NCBI RefSeq assembly: GCF_018977255.1
Contig: NW_024704743.1
Span: 48,796,001-48,860,000 of the forward strand
Source of the DNA: Callorhinchus milii
Taxonomy: Eukaryota
DNA: 64,000 nt
Direction of reading: 5' to 3'
A program made the position numbers and the translations under genes. Below, in pieces: positions 51,131 to 63,750 of the stretch (position 1 is the first letter of the stretch; each line of letters begins with the position of its first letter). The notes under the pieces were generated by a model. It was not told where the DNA came from and did no database searches. It worked only from the letters and a program-made list of their open reading frames with translations.

Positions 51131-52703
51131 TATTTCAGACAGTGCTTAAACAGCATTCACTGGTTGATTGAGAAATAAACTGACAACTTTCCAGAACTTA
51201 AAAGGAAATTGAAAGAGAGAAAAAAAGACATAAAGTATGAGAAATAAATGTAAGGGAGAAAAATGTAGTTTCATAGCAGATTCAATAACACATTTATAAT
51301 TATGAGGATTAGGGTGAAAAATGTAATGCCTATTAGGAAGAAATAAATGTTTTCACCCTAAAGAAAAATTAAGTTATAGCAGTTCAGATATTGTGCACAA
51401 CTGTAACACACTGACATCTTATAAATTGAGCCATCCACTCCGCAAATCTGAGACGAGTCAGTATCCATTTTAGGCTTATTTTTATAGTCACAGTCATTCT
51501 TTTTTAAAAACCCAAATTGCCTAAGAGCTATAGTAGTCACATTTCACTCCAGACAGGCCCCTCTGCTGAGGCCTCTAATCATGGAGATGCTTTCAGCAAA
51601 GTGGTTGGTTCGAGTGAACTCTGACATCAGAATAATCACAGAGTACAAAGTGTGCTCCTCCACCGCTTATGTGTGGTCCCAGCAGACCCTATCCTGTTGA
51701 TGTCTGGCTCTGACAAGTTCAAAGTTCAAGGCAAAGGGGCCTATCGCTAGATAGATTGAGAAGCATACTTCCAAGGCAGTGAATAGATTTGAAAGCACAC
51801 AATTTTTTAAGTTCTAATCCCCTTTTACCAGAAAGTATCCAAATGCATTGTACAGAAAACTGTCATTGAACCAATAGATGTTGTTTAAACTATGCTCCAG
51901 ATCAGTGATTTGAAATAAAAAGAGGAAAAAAAGTTCCCTATTAAAAATACTTTATTGTGGCGTGTGAACATATCACTCGAAATAGGACACAGAAGTAAGC
52001 AGACTCAGAATCCAGTGCATTGCATGAACTGCCCACGCTTTTACAACAAGAAGGGTTAGAGTGAAACCCCTCAATCAACCTATTTTCACTGAGCCCTCCT
52101 GAACTCCATATGGAGGCAATTATACAAAAAAATAAACCCTCTTAGAATCAGTACATTCATTCACCAAAAGGCATGTCACTCTGTTTAACAATTTACTGAC
52201 TCAGTTGGTCTCACTAATTACACCCCCAGAATACTAACAATTTGACATGCAGAGAGACAACTCGGGGGAAAAAAATACAACATTATATATTTATTTTGGT
52301 AAATCAATGGGAAAAACATGGTTCACAACATCTAGGTATTAAAAAATGAACTATTGCCTGAAACTGGGTGCTTTGGGGGAAACTTGGTTTAAAGGCAGGC
52401 TTGATAAAAAGTGGCTTTACTCTGTTACAATTGTGTGTCTACCAGGCAGATGGTACAATTGTGATAAAACATACATAGCCACCAGGGGTTATCAGTTTTT
52501 AGATCTTGGTTAAAGTAGGTGCTGTGAAACACCTTTGTTTTCGAATGCTTTTCTTGAAAAAGAGAAATTTCTTCTAGCATAAGATGGAATAACTGAAGTG
52601 AGAGAGAAATTGGGTTGTTGGTTGTACTCTTGTTCTCTTCCTTGTTCACAGACAGAGTAAATAGAAAAAAATGTGCTCTGATGTCCTAACAAAGGAATTA
52701 TTA

Positions 52704-52889
52704 GAGAGAAGTTACACCTAGATTTAAATTTACTTTATTTGCTCGGCATTTCAGAGCGTCTAAAATTGTGAAATTCAGTTTTAATTATGAAGTCGATTTT
52801 CTACTGCTTAAAAGAATTTGCTGAATTCTGGATGCTTTAAAATGGTACATAAATAGGGTTAATGTAGACATAAGTGGAATTTCTCCCCC
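52704..52889. mobile_element. Palindromic MITE-like copy with both TIRs
   Basis: Left gagagaagttacacctagatttaaatttactttattt..catttcagagcgtctaaaatt versus right aattctggatgctttaaaatg..aaatagggttaatgtagacataagtggaatttctcccc. Confidence 0.72.
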
Positions 52890-53091
52890 AATGTTTCTAC
52901 AAATCTTTACTTTAATTGCTAGACCTTGCCATTCATTTATTGGAATATTACGGTTCTGTTTAAGGTGCATTCCCTAATTCATTCATTCATTCAGGTTTTC
53001 TAATCTTTCTTCTGGCAATGCAGTTGAGGTTAGCTTTCTTTATGATAACACACAATTCTGCTCATCGTAAACTATACAATGAAGGGCCTGC

Positions 53092-53315
53092 AATTTTACC
53101 TTGTCTTAGCCTCTAAGACTATTTTGTCTTAACATTTAAGATTGTGAAAAATTATAAAAAATTCATAAATTCAGTCTCAGTTTGGAAGCTGCTTTTCTGC
53201 AGTTCTTGTAAAGAACCATCTTCTAAATTAAGTCTATATTTAAGAATGTTCCACAATTTGGGCTGTCTGAATTTTTAACATTTAAACTGGGTTATAGGCT
53301 AAGTCTAGGTCAAAT
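53092..53315. mobile_element. Palindromic MITE-like copy (second subfamily) with both TIRs
   Basis: Left attttaccttgtcttagcct; right aggctaagtctaggtcaaat (reverse atttgacctagacttagcct). Confidence 0.7.
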
Positions 53316-53384
53316 GAGTGTTATTTTGTACTAAATGGAAAGTACTCCTTTGATTCATCTGCTACTTGGAATGCTGTTGAATAC

Positions 53385-53670
53385 AACATTAGAAACTTAC
53401 ACTTATATAACACCCTTCATGTCATGAGAATGTCACAGCGTTTCACAGAGCAGAGGTGAGGTGATCGGGGCAACCGGGTGAAGATGACAAAAAACTCTAT
53501 CGAAATGAAAGGACTTAAAGTGGGCTTTAAAGGGCAGAGGGTGGGGGCGAAGTGGAGGGATTCTGGGATGGAGTTCCAGAGAATGGGAGTAGAATGGCTG
53601 AAAGCTCACCCACTGATGTTGGCGGGGACATGAATCAGGCCGTGTTTGCTGAGCGGATGGAGCGGCCGGG
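53385..53670 (-). mobile_element. L2 3' fragment
   Basis: Reverse FKAHFKSFHFDRVF, tggaactccatccc (WNSIP), and tail. Confidence 0.75.
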
Positions 53671-56600
53671 AAGATTTTATCAACTAGTTGTTTGCAAAAA
53701 GGATACCATTGCAAAGTGGCAGTTACATTTCTAGTATCCTCAGGGAAAAGGGGATTTTTTAAAAAATTAGTCAAATTTTTGTCTAACTGATTGTTAGGAA
53801 GTTTGCAGTATTGATTGAACAAAATGATTAGCAAATAACCCTTGCCTCACAGTGTAAGAGCACACAAGATGATTCAGGTTTAGCACTTCATTTGCACTCT
53901 CTCAACCTCCGGCTCGGGTGCCCAGATAGCAGTGTGAAGCGTCCTCCCGACTTTGAGATGTCCTCCCGACGTGAAAGGCACTATATTAAATGTACTGTAT
54001 CTTGCATGACAAACTCCACGGCACTGGAGAACAGACTAGGGAAGCAAACAGCCGAAGGACTCACAATTACTCCTTTTGCAACATAGCAAAGTCGAATGCA
54101 ATTAGAAAAGAATGTTCCCAAAAGGGCCTGAGCACGCGTCAAATTGCTTAAAATAGTCCTGCTATACAAAGATACGCATCGCTGAGGTTTGGAACAGCTA
54201 ACATTTTGAAGGAAAAAAAATCTAGTTTGTGATGAGGTGTGATATGTGGTCTATTAATGAACAGCCCTGCAGCCAGTCATGTTTCCGGAAATCACAGATG
54301 GCATTATATATAACGCAGTCTCTGTTTCTATACAGGAAACTGTTTAGTTCATCCACATACATAATCAAACCTGACACGTGAAATAAAACGGTACCCTGTT
54401 CAGAATGCTGCAAACTGGTATCATTTATAAGCTTGAGAGCTACACATGTTAAGAGCAAATCCAAAGGGACCCTTATATTTAAACATAAATTTTAATTAGC
54501 TACATCTCCTCTCCTCACTGGAAAATGAGTCGAGAGATTTTGTTTGCGTCTTCCAAAAGTTAAAACTGTGAAGTAGGAAAGATTTCTCTTTTGGAATCCT
54601 ATGCTGCCTTTGTGCCAAAGTTCACGGTATCTGGCTGGAGCAATCTTTTTAATTTGGAATTTTTGGAAAAAAAGACATATCTTCGAGAAGACTAAAAGTC
54701 AGTGTTTGGCAATGGGACTTGGTTGCTGTATTGTCCTGTCAGGCAGCACCAATACCTTCTAGTTTCAGAGTCAATGCAGTGAAAAGCAACTGCTGCAAAC
54801 AGCTATTTTATAATCCCCTTGATGTAAATTTTGTAAATTAGACTAAACTAAAATAAATAGGAAGCACATATTTCTGTGTGATTTTCAGCAAACTGACTGG
54901 CTCTTTCACCAAAATATAACCCTCCATCTCGAGATGAATGGAACAACACTTAGAGCTTGTGATATTAAAGGCGTTTTAAAGTTACATTTTAGTCTAAAAC
55001 ATAATGGAAACAAACATGCGCGTCAGAGTGAACAACACACCAACAATAACTTTTATTTATATAGAATCTCTCATGTGGGATAGCACCTCAGAGTGTTTTA
55101 AGTATATGATGTGCTAAGTATCACTGGTGACAATTAGTACACCACTCATTTTACACTCCATATTCCAGCAAATTGCCCTATCAGGCAGCACGGTAGGTCT
55201 TCACCTACAAAGCACTGAATCACTGCACATTACAGTAAATCCTGAGAACCCCTTTGAGATGCCCTCTTGAGGTGAAAGCTATCTCTATATCAAATGCAAG
55301 GATTATTATTATAAAATGATCATTACAGGTGAAAGAAGCAGCCATTAGAGTAACTTTCATTTCATGAAGGAGGCATATTTTCTTATCAACAGTGCCCCCA
55401 GTAATTTAAGAATAAGGATAGAGCAGTATGACTACAGACTGAGCACGAGCTAGTATAAACACTTGTCAGCAATTTTGTGCACAGTAATTCCTTTGAGATT
55501 TCCTTCAGAAGTGAGATATTCCTTAAGAGTGACATCATTATTTATACTTCGGCTGAAGGAGTCTGTTCATTTTAATTTAGACTTTTTCACTTAAAGTTAA
55601 ACATTCTGTGTTTTCACGAAAACTTAGCTCTGCTCCCCTCCTCCCTTGATGGCTGTTTGTAAGTGGCTGCCACAGAGCAGCAGTCAAATGCAAAAGTAGT
55701 GTTATTTCAACAGACCAGGAGACTTGCACAAGTCCATAAATATTAGTACATCCTGCAGCCCAGCTGAGAGCAGCCAGCCGGCCTGTCACAGGAACCAAAT
55801 TAGGACTACCTGACTCCAAGTTTCTGTCAAGATCTCAACAAATTAACTCAGATGGCATAATATGAAAATCTATCTGCATTTGCTCCACAAAAAGATTTTC
55901 TTTAAATGGTCAAAATAATGGATGATGGATTCTTATAAAATTTCCCCACCCAAGTCCCAAAAGTACAATTGTTCAAAGAATACAGTGTTTGTGGAGTGAG
56001 TTAGAAAGAAAGTTGCACATAAGAAAACCTATTTGGAAAACAACTGTTTGGAGGCGGGAAACAAAACTCTACTTGTTAAGTAATGCTGTCACTCATCAGT
56101 GCTGGTGTAGCCAAATCCTTGAAAATCCTTTACAGACGCCTGGAATACCTGATGGTATTGTGCTCTTGGCAGCAAGGCGCCAGTCTTACATTTAATAAAT
56201 GGAACTTCTGAGTGCAGTTAGGGAGGAGAGGGAATTGCGCTTCTGTGCCACACCAGTGAATTAAAACTGTCCATGTACTGTCCTCCCAACATAAAAGGCG
56301 CTATATAAATGCAAATTGTTGTTGTTGTTGTCATGGTTCAATGCTCCTATTTACTGCTGCTTGTGTTGCTTTCTTCCAGACTGTGCTCTTGGATGGACAT
56401 TTTGTACAACTTCTGCATTGGTTTAGATATTAGAGTATGAAAAGACCTCTGTCACTTGACTAAAGAGCTATTGGCACAGTTTCTGGAACAGTGTGCTCCG
56501 AAGACTCGACACAAATCCCATAATGCTGCGTTCCAGCTAATCTGAACAGGCCATCCTATGTTTACTGCAAAATAATAATCATCTATTAAGAGCTAGTAGC

Positions 56601-57169
56601 AACAGCAGGTGACGCAATAATCATACAAATTACAGTACGGGACGAAGCCATCTAGCCTATCAAATTCATGCTGTTGCCAGAACGAAGATCGAACTACTCT
56701 AATCCCATTTTCCTGAAATTGTAGCTTTTTCTATTTACTTTTTCACATAATTTTGTCAGACGCTGCCATACAGAACAGCTCTCTTCATACAAGCATGGCA
56801 CTGTGCCATGTCAGTGTCCTTTAACCTGCTAACAAAGTTGTGACGTGTTTGAGTGAGGGCTAGCGTGCATCACCCAATGTCCCCAGTTATATGCTAAATA
56901 TCTGTAAATTGTTTTTGTCATCGTGTAAATACAATAAGTATAATATTAATAAAAATATCAAAGTCACATGTGAAAAAATGTTTGTTTCAAGAACAAGTGA
57001 GATAGATTTCTCCAAGAAAATAATAGCTCGAGATACAGTATATAGTTTGGGATATGGAAGGTGAACTGGATGGACCTTGGTCTTTCACCTACAGCACGGA
57101 AAAAGGGACAATAAAATTTGACAGAACGTGAAGTATCTTACCACAAACGGACGTCAAAACCAAATCCAT

Positions 57170-57348
57170 AACATCTGAAGGGCAAATAGATAAATATTGG
57201 GGGAAAAATGATATCAAAGGTATTGATATTGAGGAAAGAGCAAGGGTGTGGGACTGGAGTAGATTGCTGTAGAGGGTGAATTTGTATGAGCATAGACACA
57301 GCAGGCTAAATAGTCTTCTTCTGTGCTGTAAACGTGTAATTCTATGTG
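57170..57348 (+). mobile_element. CR1 3'UTR and tail, old
   Basis: aatagataaatattg..gatatcaaagg..gagcaagggtgtgggact..ggctaaatagtcttcttctgtgctgtaa..ttctatg. Confidence 0.65.
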
Positions 57349-57822
57349 GTCAATACATTACCTCTCTGTAACTAATACATTATTTGTATAAATTTGTATT
57401 ACATTATATAAGTGGAACATGCAATTCATTCTACCTGTCAGCTGTATATCCAAAGTAATATACTCAGCATCATTATTTATGTGTGAGACACTAGCAGAGG
57501 TTAAAAAGAATCTCAATCAGCAGTACACTTCTCACTCTCTGCAACACAACAGTTGTCAACCTTACAAAGAGCTGCATGTGGGAGCACAGTGCCTGAAATA
57601 TGAGGGTGTTAATTTCCTACAAGCGCCATTTAAATAAATATCTGCCACATATAAAATCAAGCACTGAAGCCAAAGTTTACACTTTGGAACACAACTGTGA
57701 TCAAACCAAAATAGCATAGTCTTTAAAGTAGATATAATGCGATTCACTATAGAGTGAATTCACTTTTGCACCGTGGATCCTGTTAATTGTACATGCTCAC
57801 TCTCCATGCGCTGGTTGGCCTT

Positions 57823-58053
57823 TGTGCTAAAAATGGCCAACTTGCGGGTCATTAGGTCGCTGTTGACGTCACTTCTGGCTCTGCTGTAAATGTACAAATG
57901 TGATGTTGGTGATATTTTACCTTTCCACGCTAACAAGGCCAACTTCCAGGTCATCAAGTTACCACTAACATCACTTCCTATACGTATCATACAGGAAGTG
58001 ATGTTGCACTTATCTGGTGACCTGGAAGTTGATGTTTTTATTCTTTTAGCACA
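57823..58053. repeat. Fold-back (inverted-repeat) element with internal duplication
   Basis: Termini tgtgctaaaa / ttttagcaca. Core hairpin 57940-58031: caacttccaggtca pairs with tgacctggaagttg, and aacatcacttcct pairs with aggaagtgatgtt. Confidence 0.75.
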
Positions 58054-58879
58054 GTATCAGGGCAACAACAATAACTCTCATTTATACAGTGCTCTGACAC
58101 ACGAAAACCTGCCAAGTGTGGACCAGAAACAATTGGCAATAAGCACACCTGCTGCTCTAAATAACACACATTATTTGACATTAGAATGAAGAATAGATTT
58201 GAACAGGTTGGATCAACACTAGTTTAAAAGGTTAAGAGGACCTATTTTCTGTCAGTACTATGCATCTGTGAATTTGTACTCCGCTTTTAATCCTTCATCT
58301 ATCAATAGTGCTCCACTTTGGTAATATGCATCTGCATGTCAACTTTGGTACTATACCTCTAATCTTACTGGTGAGTGTTTAGTCTTCTGTTGTTCAGGGG
58401 AGTTTTTGTAAGCGAAAATCAGAAACTAGTGCAACTTGTAACCCAGATTTTCTGAGTAGATAATATTGCAAACGAGGCCGTATTAATAAGCCCTCTTCTA
58501 AAATTTGAATTCAATGCTATCTGTTGAAAATTGCTTTTGGTTCTCTTAACCTGCGATATCTTCTTTTCAATCTACATGTACACAAACTCTCTCCTCTCTC
58601 TCTCTTTCTCTAGGATTAACAATTCTGTTAATGCAAGCATCTGCTGCTAACGTACCTCCTGCTGGACATGCTTTTCAGTGGCCACCCATCAACTAGTGAC
58701 ATTGCCTACTATATATTCTCAGGCACACTTCTGTGATAGTATGAATACTAATTTGCAATCTGGCAACAAAGTACTCTTCAAAAGCAACTTTGTATTTCAG
58801 AACCTGGGTGAAATGCCAAGGCCTATAGTGCAGCACAGCCCCAAGGCTGAAAGTACATTAGAGAAAACAAGACAAAACA

Positions 58880-60370
58880 AAAAGTGGTGAGACAATATCA
58901 AACAGAGGTTTTGAAAGACTATAGATTGTATGAAGAAAGTAAAACCGAGAAGAGGCGAGATATCCCACTATCTTGAGATTCTGGGAAAATGAGTTAAGAG
59001 TAGGAGACTATGTTAACATTTTGATTGCAACACAGTGGAGATTTAGGGAGGAGGAAAAGCCTGGCCCTAGAGGATGATGTGTTTGAAGTTTGGGAGGAAC
59101 AAAAGAGGGAAAGTTTAGAGGAGGAGTACTGATAGCATAAGAGACAGAGAGAAGGGAAATAGAGAGAGAATAGAGGTCAGGGTGAGAGAAATATCACTTA
59201 TCAGATTATATGCCTTTTCTTGGATTCTATCCAGGGCTGTGAGTAGGTACTAAAATAACCTCTGCAGATTTGGGAGAAACATTCATGTCTTGCATGAATG
59301 GCTTTAGAAAAGTTTTATGGAGAGTTGGGAGTGGTTGAGCAGAAACTAAATATTTGGCATGAAAAAGGAAACCAAGCATTCTGCAGACTGTTTCAGCAAT
59401 GTAGAAAATGTGAGAATTCCACTTGAGATCAGAGGAGATAGTGAGGCCCAGAATATTGATGGATGAAGAAGGATTAAAAGTGGAGCCATCAACATCATTG
59501 AGAAGTGTTGGCACCTCTCATTGACTTTGTGCAAAACAATAAGTGGAGGATCCTGTCTACAGGAGGAAGTTCTTTCTACAGTAGTATTTGTTCATTAACA
59601 ACAACAACTTGCATTTATATAGCGCCTTTCATGCAGGGCAGCATCTCAGAGCACTTAAATCATACATGTGAAAAGGTGAGCTGTGTGGTTGAGAACAATT
59701 TTCATTTATACAGCACATTTCATGGAAGTGATTTCAAGAGGAATCACCAGCAAAAGCATGGCTAAGGATGGAAAACGAGTGGAAGATGTAATTGACACAG
59801 GAGCAAGGTTTTAAACCATCAAAAAGTAACACAAGTAATGCTTTAAACATCGCAATCTTCACCTCAAAGTGGGTGAGAGAAGACAACCCTGAGAACCATT
59901 GAGTTGATAGTGAAACAGTCAGATGATACACTTTCAAACACACCACTGATAGAATGGTGTGAGAGAAAGCCAGGTAGCTATGGGCACAACTGCGGAGGGC
60001 TACACAATTGTGGAAGGCATTAGAAATGAGAAAGGTGATGACAATTGAGTCATCAAACTAATTGTTCAAGAGTAGAGTTCCGGAGGAAAGTAACAAAGAT
60101 TACTAGTGGAGACCATGACGAAAATGGGTGACTATGGATTAGGTCAGAACACACCTAATGATGGATAATTTGAGAGATGATGGCAATTCCAATGGAAAAT
60201 GGAACAGTAGTTCGAAGGGTAAAAGGAATTACCTTCTGGGGGATAGAGTGAAGGGTGAACGTGATCACATTTTCAAGAAGAAGGAAAAGTAGACCGGAAA
60301 AAGGAGAGGCAGAGGATAAGGCACAAAACATGGGGCCACAATAGGAGGGATGCATTGAGACCAGCAGGTT
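58880..60370 (-). mobile_element. Ancient non-LTR RT fossil resembling invertebrate-type CR1 (Zenon/crustacean/cnidarian-like)
   Basis: Minus-strand remnants STFPSS*K..PPEGNSFYPSNYCSI; FRHG/STSNL; FDDSIVITFLISNAFHNCV; SSINILGLTISSDLKWNSHIFYIAETVCRMLGFLFHAKYL..LPTLHKTFLKPFMQ; LDRIQEKAYNLIS. Interrupted by L2 tails at ~59597-59730. Confidence 0.78.
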
Positions 60371-60419
60371 TATTTAAGTCAAGGGAGCACACAATCTGGC
60401 AGATATAGTGTGCTTATTA

Positions 60420-60595
60420 CCCACTGTCACTCATGGCTGCTTGTGGGACATTGCTGTGTACAAATTGGCTGCCATATTCGCCAACACAATACACAAATCA
60501 GTACAATTTACAGTAAATCCTCTAAAGTGTTTTTGAGACATAGTTCCAATGTGAAAGACACTATATCAAATGCGAGGATTATTATTATTTATTTA
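60420..60595 (+). mobile_element. Deu-SINE 3' half
   Basis: tgtgggacattgctgtgtacaaattggctgcc..ctatatcaaatgcgagga(tta)n. Confidence 0.8.
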
Positions 60596-61384
60596 TTAGC
60601 AGTAAAACAGGATGGAGCAATAATGGAGGATCTTTGCCAGAATCATCAGGACTAGATTTAAAGGAGAAAAGTGAGCCAAAGAGGTTAGGATTAACATTAA
60701 ATGTAGAAGCAATTTAAAAATAAAATACATTTCTGATGTTGGTCAGACACATTATATATTATTCGACTTGTAAAACTGGTTTGTATAAGTCACATGCGAG
60801 TTGTAAGATCAGATTCAAAGATACACTACTCATCATAGTCAACATTTTACTGTTTGCATCTACTACACAATGGCACTGATGTTTCATTAGTGGGATAATT
60901 TCCCATCTTGCTAGTAAACATCCTTGTGCTGCAATATCCTTGACCCAGTTATTCCCTCACTGTAATTAATGGGCTTCAAGGACACATTGTGTTCCTCAAC
61001 GTGTCATTGCAGAGAACACCGAGAAGTGAGGACATCCAAATGTTCTTCAATTTTCTATCCAAAATATATCAAAATACATTTAATATTTGTTGTGAATTCA
61101 ACAAAGTATTGCTATTTCAAAAGAATACTGTAGTATGAAATGCAGCATTTTTCTACCAAATGTAGAAGGCTAAATAATTCACTTGTGACTCATTTATTTT
61201 TGAGTTGTGAAATGATGTGAACTCCAGATGTTAGATATTCACAGATCCTGTAGGTTTCAATGGCCTAGAGGCGAACAATACTACCGACTGCAGTAATAGA
61301 CCATAAAGACCAGAAGGTCAAAGGCTCAAATCTTAGGGGGAAGTGATCATACAGCAATGGAAGGGGTGGGCTTTAAGGTGGGAT

Positions 61385-62460
61385 TTACAACAACAATTAG
61401 CAGTTTTAGAGTGCCCTTCATTGAATAACTTCTCACAGTGCTTCACAATGACGGAGCCGGCCCTAAGCAAGGGACAAGGGAGAGGGGGAGATGACCACGG
61501 ATACAGATGAAGACGTAGTTTTTAAGGCAAGATTTAAGATAGAGGAGAGATAAGGAGGAGGGGTAGAGGGAGGCAGTTTCGTATATTAGAGAGGTAGTAA
61601 CTGAATGTTAGCCACTGACGGATGGGGGTGCGGGGGAACGTGCAGCAGGTAGAGAACCCAAATAGAGGAATGGGATAAGAGAATATCAGAGAGATACAGA
61701 GGTGCTGGGGGTGAAGGGATTTATAGGTAAGAATCTTGAAGTTGATCTGTTGGGACGCAGGGAGCCAGTGGAGCCTTGCGATGACTGGGACGATGGGTGT
61801 GAAGTGTTTGACGTGGATGAGGATTCAGGTGCCAGAGTTTGGGATTTGCTGCAGCTTATGAATGGTGGAACTATCCGGCGAGGAGTGCAGAACATTGGGA
61901 GGTAACAACAGTGTGAATGAGGGTTGGCGTATTGCAAGGGGATGAGGATGGAAGCAGGCAAAGTGATGAAGATGAAGAAAAGCAGTCTTGGTCAGGATTG
62001 AATGTGAGGGAGGGAGGAGAATTGAGGATTGAACCAGTTGTCGAGGTTTGGTGAGTTTGAGAGAGAGGCCAGGGAGGTTGAGGAACTCAGAAGCAGAAGT
62101 GAAGACATTGGCAGGACCTAACGAGGATGGCGTCCATATTGAGCTGCAGAAAATTGAGGATCATCCAGTCTTTCATGTCTGACAGGCAATCAGACAGAAC
62201 ATCAGGGGACTTAGAAACAGGTGCAGAAGTGGAAAAGTAGATTTGGGTGTCATTTGTATACATGTGGAAGTTAACCAGATGATGACATCAAGTGGGAACA
62301 TGTAGATGAGGATAGGTGGGGACCGAAAATGAAGCCGTGAGGTGGGACTAGTCGGATTGGAACCAGGAGAGTGTGGTTCCATGGAGGTGAATGAGACAGG
62401 ATAATGAGAGGAGGATGGGGATGATCAACAGTGTTAAAAGCATCAGAGCTATTGAACATG
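61385..62460 (-). mobile_element. L2 LINE fragment, old, with deletions
   Basis: DAFNTVDH, ttccacatgtatacaaatgacaccc (FHMYTNDT), cactggctccctg (HWLP), ttcaagattc (FKI), tail acaacaacaattagcagttttagagtgccc. Confidence 0.85.
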
Positions 62461-62489
62461 AAGGCAGAGGGTTATAGAGAGAGAGTACT

Positions 62490-62670
62490 ATATAGGACAT
62501 GTTATAGTGGTAAAAANGGTATGATCAAGCTTGGCTGTGATGCTGAATAATGTCCTAACACTTGGCTCACACATCAATACCGGTCACCAAGTTGATTGTG
62601 GTGCCAGATAGGGCCTGTAGAACTGTAACCGGGTAAGCAAGAATCAATCACTATCAGGAGAGAAAAGTCC
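62490..62670 (+). mobile_element. LF-SINE-like 3' part
   Basis: gatcaagcttggctgtgatgc..ggctcacacat..cctgtagaactgtaacc..gcaagaatca..tcaggagag is colinear with the LF-SINE 3' half and the 17045 copy. Confidence 0.6.
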
Positions 62671-63299
62671 TGAGGGGAGGGATTGAACCCACAAAACCTT
62701 ATGACTCAGAGGTGAGAGAGCTACCAAATGATCCAGACTGATATTGGGATTAAAGAACACTTCCAGTCAATAAAATAAAACCAAAATGAAGTAATAACAT
62801 TCTAACAGATGTAAAATATATAACTTTCAACAGGGGAAAAAAGAGCTAATGTGACTAATCTTAAACAGGTGCATAAATGTTTCATCCAGACTTACTGAAG
62901 CAATAAGCATAGAAATTGCAAGCTGTACAAGGCAATAAACAACTCAGGTATTTACAGCGCACAGGAAATGGGTTTGATTCGCCCCGCAGTACACACTGGG
63001 ATTCCCACATTGATCATTGTTACATTATATAAGAAATTGTTAAAACAGAAATGAGGTGATTTGCATGAGTGCTGAACCTCTTATAATGTCCTGAGGGAGT
63101 CATTGTGATGTGGAACAGCATTTTAACGAATCACAGTGATCAGAGTTCCCTTGCAATATCCCAGTGTAATGCGGTCAGTCTGATAATAAAAAAAATCCTC
63201 ACATTTGGTAATAGGGTTGGATGTTGAACAATGTTAAATTGCCAGCAAGTTTATGTTCACTTCTTGAGCTTGTTCCTATGTTTTGGAATTTGCATCTTA

Positions 63300-63552
63300 A
63301 GGCCCCACTCAGAAGGGAACATATAATTTTGATTGCCATCTTCGATTACAAGATGCTAAATGGGATCAACAAAGTAAGTCCAAAACAAACTTTCACCTGT
63401 GTTAAGATAGCAGGGTAAGTGGCATGGGTTCAGAGCTGTGAAGGAGTGGAGACCAGGAAATATATTTTTATACAGAGAATAATCAACAACTGGAGTGTGT
63501 TACCAAGATCCATGGTAGAGGCCAGGAAACTGGATGCATTTAAGAAACAGTG
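63300..63552 (+). mobile_element. CR1 ORF2 3' fragment, old
   Basis: YKMLNGINKV, ttttatacagagaataatcaacaactgg..ttacca..gtagaggc..catttaagaaacag (FF.QRII N.W..LP..VEA..FKKQ). Confidence 0.7.
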
Positions 63553-63564
63553 TCCTGGACAACA

Positions 63565-63750
63565 ATCCCCCAGATAAAATATTGATCATTCACTTCATGG
63601 CTGATTGTGGGACACTACTGTGTGCAAATTGGCAGTTGCCTACAAATACAAAGTCCACTGCAATTCACAGTAAAATCCTAAAAAGCATTTTGTGATGTCT
63701 TGATGACACGATAATGTGCTGTATCAAATGCAAGGATTATTATTATTATG
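63565..63750 (+). mobile_element. Deu-SINE 3' half
   Basis: tgtgggacactactgtgtgcaaattggc..tatcaaatgcaagga(tta)n. Confidence 0.8.

Noticed and set aside
57760..57885. Minus-strand exon-like ORF RARSDVNSDLMTRKLAIFSTK
   Set aside because: It overlaps the arm of the fold-back repeat, which better explains the sequence, and the donor is weak.
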